From a virus (taxonomy: Duplodnaviria; Caudoviricetes), in IMG/VR virus record IMGVR_UViG_3300030376_001422, positions 1 to 33,950 of that record: a stretch of 33,950 bases of DNA, one strand, 5' to 3'. A program made the position numbers and the translations under genes. Of this stretch, positions 10,764 to 18,458 are shown piece by piece (position 1 is the first letter of the stretch; every line of letters begins with the position of its first letter). The notes under the pieces were generated by a model. It had not been told where the DNA came from and ran no database searches. It was given only the letters and a program-made list of their open reading frames with translations.

Positions 10764-11025
10764 TTTGTTTTATCCTACTTGCATGATTGATTCTTCTGTC
10801 GATTAAGCCAACAATATACCTTTGACCTTCTGCATGACGCAACACTTCGTCTGTTACAGCAGGGCCATGAACAGCTTCAATGGTAATGCTTTTAAGATAC
10901 TGTCTTACTTGTTGTCCACTTGGTGTAGAAAATAAAGCGGCAATATCCATGCTTATTCTTTCATCTTCTTCTGGTTTTCTAGGGTATCCATCTAAACCAA
11001 TATTAGTTTGGTTGTCCTTGCTCAA
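10756..11025 (-). CDS. Bbp19-like small protein
   Basis: FSTPSGQQVRQYL...AEGQRYIV motif between portal and scaffold. Confidence 0.7.
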   Translation of the reverse strand: MSKDNQTNIGLDGYPRKPEEDERISMDIAALFSTPSGQQVRQYLKSITIEAVHGPAVTDEVLRHAEGQRYIVGLIDRRINHASRIKQNG

Positions 11026-12613
11026 CTTGAGGCTCTCCTTGTGGTTGTGCCTGTGCTTGCATCTGCATTTGCATTTGCTGTTGTTGCTGTGCCAACTGCT
11101 GTGCCATAGCTACTAACTGCTTTCGTTCTTCCATATCCCTAATAAGAGTATCAGGAACACCAAACTTCTTAGCAAGGTGTGCGGCTGTCTCTTCAGAATT
11201 AATAAGTAAGTTTACCATCTCAGGCCCAAATCTACTTTGAATAAGCTCTAACCATCTAGCAATAGAAGTTATATCTTGATTAGATTGTGCCTGACTTAAT
11301 GGAGAAACGGAACGTACCTTAACTTGTCTACCATTAATTGTAGGTATATTTATTCTGCCTTGTTTCTTTAATATATAAACAACCCTCTGCAATACTGGCT
11401 GAACTAATTCTGCTTGCAATCTTCCAAACGCAGAACCAATACGTCTTGATAGGTCAGCCATTCTTTCAGCAACTTCCGTAGCTGAAGCAGGAGTTCTATC
11501 TGGATTACCAAGCATATCATTATACAATGCTTTCTTTATATTTAATCTCATATCTGAAAGTATAAGATTACCCACATCAAAAGAACCTGCGGCTTTAACT
11601 GGTTGCAATCCTGCTGACTGAGGTGCTTTAGGTATAACAGTGCCAGGAACTAAATTTATAGTATCAGGGTTTATAACCCCATCATCATCCATCTGGTATA
11701 TTCCAGATATAGCCATCTGTGCATTTTCAAGAATTAATTGAATTGTGAGGTTGGTAGTTTTAATCGCACTTAATGCGTTGATAAGAGGACCTCGCCCATA
11801 AACTTCACCTGCACATTTAGACCAACGGAAACATACAAAAGGATTTGAACCAGTACCATTAAGGTCATCCTTCTTAATTATTGTTTTGCTAGTACAATCT
11901 ATAGCAAGATAATAATAAGCATCTTGATTAGGCTTAGTATAGTTACGACAGACTACTTCAAGTATCTTTGTCTTTCCTTCTGGATTCTTTTCTATTGCCT
12001 CTGTTATTTCATTTGGCAATTTGGCTTTAGGATAAACAACTGGAATTTCAGAATATCTTATATTTCTCTCTCTATACACATGGTCAACACTATCATCTGG
12101 ACCTACATCTAATACAACATGAGGCAATGGTAACGCTGAGAACTTAACAGGGTGAATAGCATCTCCTTCTGAAACATGAAGAACACCAGTACCTACAGCT
12201 AAATCCATAAAACTTTCATGGACTTCTTGAGAGAAGTTAGAGTTTTGAAGAACTTCAAATACATAGTCTGTTACTTCATCTAACTCATTATTAATCCCAT
12301 CTCTTTGTTCGGGAGGTATTTCACTACCTGAAGTAAAGTCAGCCCATCTTGCAAAGTTAGGAACTAAACCAGACTGTAGCCTTGAAGCAAATTCTTGAAC
12401 ACCTACAACAGCAGTCTCATCAAATATCTTATCATCTCTTCTTTCGCCTACGCTTTGAGAATAAAAGGTTTCCCTCATAGGAAGTGCATACTCATAACAC
12501 TCTTGGAAAAGACCTTCCCATTTCTGCCTTATTGTCTTTGCCTTCTCGTATCTTTTCAAATACAAAGACGCAAGTTCAGTACCAGAACCTGCCTTTTTCA
12601 TTTCATAGTCCAT
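11003..12613 (-). CDS. Portal / head-tail connector protein
   Basis: 536 aa; RWSKCAGEVYGRGP, SATEVAER motifs; Gln-rich C-terminus. Confidence 0.95.
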   Translation of the reverse strand: MDYEMKKAGSGTELASLYLKRYEKAKTIRQKWEGLFQECYEYALPMRETFYSQSVGERRDDKIFDETAVVGVQEFASRLQSGLVPNFARWADFTSGSEIPPEQRDGINNELDEVTDYVFEVLQNSNFSQEVHESFMDLAVGTGVLHVSEGDAIHPVKFSALPLPHVVLDVGPDDSVDHVYRERNIRYSEIPVVYPKAKLPNEITEAIEKNPEGKTKILEVVCRNYTKPNQDAYYYLAIDCTSKTIIKKDDLNGTGSNPFVCFRWSKCAGEVYGRGPLINALSAIKTTNLTIQLILENAQMAISGIYQMDDDGVINPDTINLVPGTVIPKAPQSAGLQPVKAAGSFDVGNLILSDMRLNIKKALYNDMLGNPDRTPASATEVAERMADLSRRIGSAFGRLQAELVQPVLQRVVYILKKQGRINIPTINGRQVKVRSVSPLSQAQSNQDITSIARWLELIQSRFGPEMVNLLINSEETAAHLAKKFGVPDTLIRDMEERKQLVAMAQQLAQQQQQMQMQMQAQAQPQGEPQVEQGQPN

Positions 12614-12627
12614 GAGATTACCTTTTA

Positions 12628-12888
12628 TTAATTAAAGTAGGATAAGCCTTTGCTAAATCCCATACCACCACTTCCACTTGTAAGTAGAGAACCTCTACCT
12701 CTTCTTTTTCTTTTTATCTTTTTACCATCCACACCAGTGAAACTTGTAGTAACTGGAGCCTCCATATTTTCTTCTAAGGCTTCTTGTCGTCTTTCAATCT
12801 TTTCTTCTTCAGCTTCTTTTATAGCATCTGCCTGTGCTGTAGTTATTTCATCTTTAACAGGTGGTGGTCGTCTTGCTCCAAAACACAT
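12628..12888 (-). CDS. Small virion-associated protein upstream of the portal
   Basis: MCFG..PPP start and RGRGSLLT motif typical of this podovirus position; GGAGG RBS. Confidence 0.6.
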   Translation of the reverse strand: MCFGARRPPPVKDEITTAQADAIKEAEEEKIERRQEALEENMEAPVTTSFTGVDGKKIKRKRRGRGSLLTSGSGGMGFSKGLSYFN

Positions 12889-12897
12889 TTTGTCCTC

Positions 12898-14418
12898 CTA
12901 CATTCGTGACCAAATTGAACTTCTTATTTTCTGTATAGGCTTTCTTGCGAAAATATCAAAGCCTTTTCTTGCATGAAAAGCAGAAACTGGTTTCTGTCCA
13001 GACATAAGTTTTCGCCCTTCCCCTGCTCCTAGCATCAAATATTGTAGAGCATCATGCACATGAGAATACATATTCTTATCAGGCTTTGTGTCATATCGTT
13101 CACCACTTACCTGTAACTTCCTGTAGGCATAACCACCTTCAAAACCCTTAATTAACGTAGGACATCTTCTATCTACAAGAAAAGCAGAAAGACCTTCTGA
13201 CATTTTATTTAGTTGAGAAGATACGGACTCCAATCTTAAATCCACACTATTACTTGGAGCAGGTGACGCTCTTAATCCTGCACCCCTTAATATTTGGAAT
13301 GGTGTTGATTCATCAGTTTGCGCTCTAAAGTCACCAGCAGGGTCGCCATAAATAAAGACATCCAAGTTCCCAAATCGTGTAGCTATCTCTTGTCGTAATA
13401 ATTCAGCGAACCGAACTATACCCATATCAATAGCTACTATCTCTGTTTGTATTAACCATCTGCCTCTTACCTTCTGTCCAAATACAGCAGAAGGAGTAAG
13501 TCCAAAGTCAATACCAATATATAAAGGCACTCCAATAGCAATAGGTATTTCTTCTTTAGCTATATGGGTTTCTGAATAGAAGTCAGGATATACAGGCTTG
13601 CCTTCCTGTATTAATCCCAATCTGTTCATAACATACACATCTATCCAGTTCTTAGTCTTTCCTCTAATAAGATTCGTATAATAAGTTCCAAGAATATTAG
13701 ATTTATTCTCTGCTTTCTTATTCATTGTATAACTTTCGATTATACCATCCTCACCCTTCTTTTCTATCATTGCAGGAGGTTGTGTATAAAAGTTCCAGTT
13801 ATCAGGCTTTATCAACATGGTCGCCTGTTCTCTAGGAATGTGGTCTGGTATGGGAACATCACCTGCCATAATCGCCCACCAATGGTCCTCCTCAGGAGCG
13901 TTAGTATCACAGATAACACCAGACCAACTAGGTCCACCTTCTCGCATAGAAGGAAATCTTCCACATCTCATTGTCACAGCATCAATAATGCTCTTTGGAA
14001 TTTCTCTGGCTTCATTTACCCACACCCCTGTTAATTCAAGGGAGAGTAGTTTCTTCACATCTTCTGGCCTATCAAGAGCTAAGAAGATAACTTCAATATC
14101 TAAATCATTTCTTTTGATGTGGTGGGTGTAGGGAACTGACCAATGAAACCTACCCCACACATCTTCTGGAAACCAATCCAACCAAGTCTTAATTGTAGTA
14201 GTTCTAAGTTGTGGGTTTGTATTTCTGATGACTGCCCATCTACTTCGCTTCACACCATCATCATTAGGCTTTTGTTCTAAGGCTCTTCTAAATACTTCCA
14301 CACAACAGGCAACAGACTTGCCAGAACCAACAGGGCCACGAATACCACGAAAGAAACTACTGTCTTTCATAAAGTCTTTTAAGACTTGTCCATCTGGTTT
14401 GTATTTAAAAGTTGTCAT
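12898..14418 (-). CDS. terL: Terminase large subunit
   Basis: Walker A GPVGSGKS, Walker B WVNEARE, DTN motif, RNase H-like GIDFGLTP and HVHDALQY. Confidence 0.95.
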   Translation of the reverse strand: MTTFKYKPDGQVLKDFMKDSSFFRGIRGPVGSGKSVACCVEVFRRALEQKPNDDGVKRSRWAVIRNTNPQLRTTTIKTWLDWFPEDVWGRFHWSVPYTHHIKRNDLDIEVIFLALDRPEDVKKLLSLELTGVWVNEAREIPKSIIDAVTMRCGRFPSMREGGPSWSGVICDTNAPEEDHWWAIMAGDVPIPDHIPREQATMLIKPDNWNFYTQPPAMIEKKGEDGIIESYTMNKKAENKSNILGTYYTNLIRGKTKNWIDVYVMNRLGLIQEGKPVYPDFYSETHIAKEEIPIAIGVPLYIGIDFGLTPSAVFGQKVRGRWLIQTEIVAIDMGIVRFAELLRQEIATRFGNLDVFIYGDPAGDFRAQTDESTPFQILRGAGLRASPAPSNSVDLRLESVSSQLNKMSEGLSAFLVDRRCPTLIKGFEGGYAYRKLQVSGERYDTKPDKNMYSHVHDALQYLMLGAGEGRKLMSGQKPVSAFHARKGFDIFARKPIQKIRSSIWSRM

Positions 14419-14508
14419 ATATCACATATATCAGGGGTAGTTGATAGGGTTGATAAGGTTGATAGGTCCATACATCTAATAATGTTCCACATGTTCCACA
14501 TGTTCCAC
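14416..14508. repeat. Cluster of three different 9-bp tandem repeats
   Basis: CATATATCA x2 (14416-14433), GTTGATA(G/A)G x3 (14440-14466), ATGTTCCAC x3 (14482-14508). Confidence 0.9.
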
Positions 14509-14510
14509 AG

Positions 14511-14666
14511 TTACATGCCTCGTCTTTTGAACTCTTTCATTATAAAATTTTCAATTCTTATTAAATTTTTATCAGAAGGACTTCCCTCTAGTGCCTTTAA
14601 TATTTTATCATTGTAGCGACTAAGCATCTCATCACTCATGCCACGCAATACCATTGTATCTTTCAT
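14511..14666 (-). CDS. Hypothetical protein, 51 aa (MKDTMVLRGMSDEML...KRRGM)
   Basis: Manually translated; ATGA overlap with the upstream gene, GGAG RBS. Confidence 0.6.
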   Translation of the reverse strand: MKDTMVLRGMSDEMLSRYNDKILKALEGSPSDKNLIRIENFIMKEFKRRGM

Positions 14667-14857
14667 AGGTCTACCACTCCAAAATCTTTTCCAGTTTTCT
14701 TTAAGTGTTCCAATGTTTCTGGTGCTATAACAGCCATTAACTTGTCTGCTTCGTAGTCTGTGATGAAGTCCTTAGGGTAGTGTTTAAGGTGAACAGTCTT
14801 AATTACCACCCTAAGGATTCGCCTTTCCTCAGGAGAGAGTTTGTGGAGAAAGGACAT
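14663..14857 (-). CDS. Hypothetical protein, 64 aa
   Basis: Packs between the basic protein and the 51-aa ORF on the late strand. Confidence 0.7.
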   Translation of the reverse strand: MSFLHKLSPEERRILRVVIKTVHLKHYPKDFITDYEADKLMAVIAPETLEHLKKTGKDFGVVDL

Positions 14858-14867
14858 TTATTTTAAC

Positions 14868-16250
14868 CTAGTCATAAACCCAACCACCATGCCAAGCCTT
14901 TCGTCTCTTTTTTGGGTCGGGAGCTTCAAAATTAAACTTCTTGCCAAAGAGAGTAACAGTCTTTTTAGTTTGGCCAACGCCTAGTTTTTGTAGAGACTTA
15001 GGTAGTTTACTTTGTGCTTCTTTAGTTAAACCCCAACCTTTACCACCTACTAATTTATTCTGCTTACCTGCATCTGAATTAGAACTGCTTGCAGGTTTAC
15101 CTTTAGCATTTAAGTAGGACCTAAGTGTTTTATGTCCAGACTTTGTTAACTGGTCTTTAGTTACATTAGCATAGCTCTTACCTTTGTAATTAAATGTTGA
15201 AGGTTTGTTCTTTAAAGAATTGTAATGCTTAAAGGCTTCCTTAAAACTTCCGAATGAAGAACCTGAAGGACCTTTACCTCCTGAACTCTTATCTGCTTTA
15301 GTAGGTGTAGAAGTAGTAGTAGATTTATCCGCATCTCTAAGTCTTTTCCTAGCATCTGATAATTTTTTATCAGACAGCTTCTTCATAGAGCCTCTATCTG
15401 CATCTCGGAATCTACTTGAAGCTGATGGGGATTTAGGTTTGTTTGGATTGTCACCTGCACCACCTCTTCTTGTAGTAACTCTAGCACCAAGTTGAGAACT
15501 AGGAAGTTCTCCTCTAGTGCCTTTATCATCAGAAGGAACTCTACCTGCTAGTCTACCTTTACCAACAGGCTCTTGCTTTCTAACAGCTCCAGTTACATCA
15601 GTAAGTGTTTTAGGTCTTTTGTTTTCCCTAATCCTATCGCCAACCTCATTAATAGCAAGAACAGTTCCTATACCTGCGGCTGTTAATCCTATTCGTTTCA
15701 TTGCCTGAATTGTTGGGTCTACCTTACTTCTATTCACAGACCTACCAACATTCTGTTTAAGTTTAGGAGATTTTAACAACGTAGAACTCTTACCCTTTTT
15801 TACCTTAACCTTAGGGCCTTTCCCCTTTGAAACTACTGCCTTAGGGTCAATCTTAAATCTACTTAAAAGATTGTTTACTTGTTGGGAGCTAACATTCTTA
15901 CCTTGATTAATATTGGAAATAACTTCTCGTTGCTTTTGAGTAAGCTGTGAAGGAGGCTTGTCAAGGTTACTAGCTTTAGCTTTTCTTTGCTTTACTATAT
16001 CCTTAACTTTCTGACCTTGCCCTTTTCCTTTAGGTGCTACATCCTTAACTGCCTTCTTAGTTTTACCTATGTTTTTAACAACACTGGTAGTTAAGTTTTT
16101 TACTTTTGATTTGTTAGTCTTGCTAATGTTCTTAACAATACTTGCTCCTTTTCTAATAGCTTGTTTAGCTAAAAGTTGAGCCGCAGGTGAGCGTGCTACT
16201 TTGTAGACAAGCATACCTATTCTTATTGCTACTATTAATGGTGCCACCAT
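14868..16250 (-). CDS. Highly basic, Lys-rich low-complexity protein, 460 aa
   Basis: K/R/S/G-rich; AAGGAG RBS; SFKEAF...FNYKGKSY motif. Confidence 0.8.
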   Translation of the reverse strand: MVAPLIVAIRIGMLVYKVARSPAAQLLAKQAIRKGASIVKNISKTNKSKVKNLTTSVVKNIGKTKKAVKDVAPKGKGQGQKVKDIVKQRKAKASNLDKPPSQLTQKQREVISNINQGKNVSSQQVNNLLSRFKIDPKAVVSKGKGPKVKVKKGKSSTLLKSPKLKQNVGRSVNRSKVDPTIQAMKRIGLTAAGIGTVLAINEVGDRIRENKRPKTLTDVTGAVRKQEPVGKGRLAGRVPSDDKGTRGELPSSQLGARVTTRRGGAGDNPNKPKSPSASSRFRDADRGSMKKLSDKKLSDARKRLRDADKSTTTSTPTKADKSSGGKGPSGSSFGSFKEAFKHYNSLKNKPSTFNYKGKSYANVTKDQLTKSGHKTLRSYLNAKGKPASSSNSDAGKQNKLVGGKGWGLTKEAQSKLPKSLQKLGVGQTKKTVTLFGKKFNFEAPDPKKRRKAWHGGWVYD

Positions 16251-16299
16251 TTTATTTGCTCCTTGTTTGCTATGCTACCACTTAGTGACGCACAGCCGT

Positions 16300-16422
16300 T
16301 TACGATTTACTCGGTTTCTTCTTCTTAACTCTTTTTATTGTTACAGGAGGTGTAGAAGGTTTGTCAATGTTTCTCTTGAACAACGACTTTATCTTTCTAA
16401 ATAAATTAATGATATGTTGCAT
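16300..16422 (-). CDS. Small basic hypothetical protein, 40 aa
   Basis: Manually translated MQHIINLFRKIKSLFKRNIDKPSTPPVTIKRVKKKKPSKS; AGAGG upstream. Confidence 0.5.
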   Translation of the reverse strand: MQHIINLFRKIKSLFKRNIDKPSTPPVTIKRVKKKKPSKS

Positions 16423-16589
16423 TGAGCTTTTTTCCTCTAAAATTGTTAGTGATAGACCTTCACAGGGAATGGCGGTAACAGTTTTGACCCCCCATACTCC
16501 GTATGTGCGGTTGACTTAGTGAGCTTTTGCTCAGATTACAGCGGAGCTGTAAGTCAGGCAACAAGCTCAGGCTAAGTCGAAGGGGAAGG

Positions 16590-16964
16590 TTAGCTGAGGT
16601 CAATAGACACCTTGACATCAGCCGTATGAAGATGAACTTGCTTGTCAGGACTCTTCAAGCCAACCCTATCAAGGATGTCCTTGCTTGCCTCTAGCTGTAC
16701 GTATTCACTTCTTGCATCACCTGACAAGGAGACTATCTTTTGTACGGCTGACGTAGCATGCATGCTTAAAGAGTTAGCCACAGATTGCAGGAGGTAACTC
16801 TGTACATGTGGTTGCTTCAGAGCCTTACTGGCACTGACTCTACCGCTTTCACCTTCTGCATATCCTGCAATCTGAGAGGCTTCTTTAATCGTGCATGCCT
16901 TTGATACGAGCGTATCCACTAATGCCACCTGCTTTTCTGTCAAACTTCTGTTGTTCTGGTTCAT
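16590..16964 (-). CDS. terS: Terminase small subunit (probable start at 16964, 124 aa)
   Basis: LTEKQ...TIKEASQIAGY HTH, ASKAL..PHV, ASKDILDRVG motifs; GGAGG 7 nt before the ATG at 16964. Confidence 0.85.
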   Translation of the reverse strand: MNQNNRSLTEKQVALVDTLVSKACTIKEASQIAGYAEGESGRVSASKALKQPHVQSYLLQSVANSLSMHATSAVQKIVSLSGDARSEYVQLEASKDILDRVGLKSPDKQVHLHTADVKVSIDLS

Positions 16965-17442
16965 GCTAGCACCTCCAGAATGGACTTTACGCTCGGTCAA
17001 AGAGGCATGTCAAGGTGTTAATTCTACTATCGCCCATAAAGTTGAGTACGGAGACTGTGGAGGTGTCATCTTACCATGAACAACACCTGAATCTCTCGTG
17101 CAGATTCCCATTCCCGACACAGAGCATCAGGTCTGCTACTGTAGCCTTATCTGACCTGCGGTTCTGGAGAGATTCAGCCTCATGGTAGATGACGCTCCAC
17201 CTACCTCTAAACCCCACTCTTTTCCTGAAAGTAGCAAATCAGCTCCACCTCTGCCATGCTGTGGAAGAACAGCATGCAACTTTAGTGCGAAACCCATAAC
17301 AGATGACATCTACCAGTAGTTCGGAAGGTAATTCGACTGTAAGCCCAATGCTCACGAACGAAATTTGACTGCGAGTTCCTCATGTTTTGTGCAAGACTGG
17401 TCACGCTACCTTCCTTCCTTTGCAGTTGTTAAATTGCTCCTC

Positions 17443-17556
17443 ACCATAGCAGGAGCAAAACCATGTCAACAAGAATGACGGCTTCCACTCGCGAGCAAGA
17501 GCGAGCGGACCCTCCGCAATTCTTGTGGACTTGGTTTTCTTTTCTCCTGCTATTGG
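17443..17556. promoter_or_regulatory. Paired sigma70-like elements on the two arms of the hairpin
   Basis: Minus strand TTGACA(17469-64)-15 nt-TATGGT(17448-43); plus strand TGGACT(17526-31)-19 nt-TATTGG(17551-56); both -10 boxes preceded by TGC. Confidence 0.45.
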
Positions 17557-17592
17557 TGCTACACAATTTAACAGCAAAGAAAGGAGGGCATC

Positions 17593-17997
17593 ATGCCCAA
17601 TCTTACAAAAACACTCGAAACTCTTGCAAATTCCGTTCGTGACCCTTGGGGTCGAATCCGAACTGTAGAGTCAATCTGTTATGGATTTCACACTAAACTT
17701 GCGTTCTTCCAAGAACAGCATGACAGAGTTGAATCCGATTTACTTCAGGAAGAAGAGCGTTGCATAGAGGCAGGTGAAGCGTCAATGAGGCTTGAATCTC
17801 TCTTCACTCGCAGGGCAGAGAAGGCAGATACAGTAGCTGACCTGAAGGCTCTTCTAGAGTCGGCAATGGAAATCTACAAGAAAGAGTCAGGTGAGGATTA
17901 TGTCCATGGTAAGAAGAAACCACGCCCAGTCTCTACGAACTCAGACTTTAATGAGTACGCTAGTAGGTTTAACAGACAACCTCTTAGCCCGAAGTAA
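17593..17997 (+). CDS. First early gene, unknown helical protein, 134 aa
   Basis: Strong RBS AAGGAGG; intact frame while its antisense mirror is full of indels. Confidence 0.8.
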   Translation: MPNLTKTLETLANSVRDPWGRIRTVESICYGFHTKLAFFQEQHDRVESDLLQEEERCIEAGEASMRLESLFTRRAEKADTVADLKALLESAMEIYKKESGEDYVHGKKKPRPVSTNSDFNEYASRFNRQPLSPK

Positions 17998-18251
17998 AGT
18001 CAACCAATTCTGGAGGGTGCTAGTCACTCTCCAGAACATCTTTGTCTGCGAGTGGATACGCTCGTAGTCAAAGGTGTACGTCAGCCGTAGGCTGATGTCT
18101 GTGGTATCTATCGAATCACACCTTCCCCTAGCATGAGAGGAGTGAGGGGGGTTAAAATGGAACACCGCCTAAGAACAGGGGTGTTAGAGTATGGCGGTAA
18201 ATAGGCTAGAGTACATAGACCTGAACAACTAAATGATTGGAGTAAAATAAG

Positions 18252-18449
18252 ATGAATGAAGAATTGATTCCTAAATCAGAACTCAATGATTTTATAAATG
18301 AAAGACGAAAGATAATTGTAAAGCAGAAGTTAAGAAAACCAATGATTGATTTCTCAACAGACGGAAAGATATGGTGGCTGTTTGAAGGGGTGTTATATCT
18401 AGGAGTATTTACATTAGGAATTTGGTTAGGGTTTGTGCTGTTATCTTAA
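18252..18449 (+). CDS. Small membrane protein
   Basis: GGAG RBS; C-terminal hydrophobic helix. Confidence 0.65.
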   Translation: MNEELIPKSELNDFINERRKIIVKQKLRKPMIDFSTDGKIWWLFEGVLYLGVFTLGIWLGFVLLS

Positions 18450-18458
18450 CCAAATAAA

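Larger units (their letters stand above)
16471..18169. repeat. Giant imperfect, branched inverted repeat centred near 17496
   Basis: More than 20 colinear complementary blocks, e.g. 17281-17304/17674-17697, 17191-17209/17765-17783, 16967-16981/18007-18022, 16905-16920/18051-18066 (16/16), 16743-16755/18077-18089 (13/13), 16581-16590/18120-18129. Confidence 0.95.

Noticed and set aside
11040-11105. Gln-rich low-complexity repeat
   Set aside because: Ordinary flexible C-terminal tail of the portal protein.
14416-14508. CRISPR mini-array
   Set aside because: Units are 9 bp, directly tandem, with no spacers.
5110-14616. Plus-strand and alternate-frame ORFs inside the structural operon (e.g. 5110..5478, 12650..12976, 13817..14131, 14386..14616)
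   Set aside because: Shadow ORFs of well-supported minus-strand genes; no RBS or motifs.
17001-17480. Mirror arm as a functional paralog of the 134-aa gene
   Set aside because: The minus-strand frame from the RBS-like site (VTSLAQNMRNSQSNFVREHW...) shifts and stops after about 40 codons.
16952-18038. Inverted repeat as an amplification/assembly fold-back chimera
   Set aside because: The arms differ by frequent indels and biased mismatches, and the outer part is branched; chimeras give near-identical arms. Read-level confirmation is still advisable.
16952-18038. Diversity-generating retroelement (TR/VR) or retron, given the BPP-1-like structural genes
   Set aside because: No reverse transcriptase in the genome; the copies are inverted with indels, not adenine-specific substitutions.
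16891-18165. ORFs 16891..17079 (+) and 17941..18165 (-)
   Set aside because: They overlap real genes in antisense and lie in the GC-richer structured region where chance ORFs are expected.
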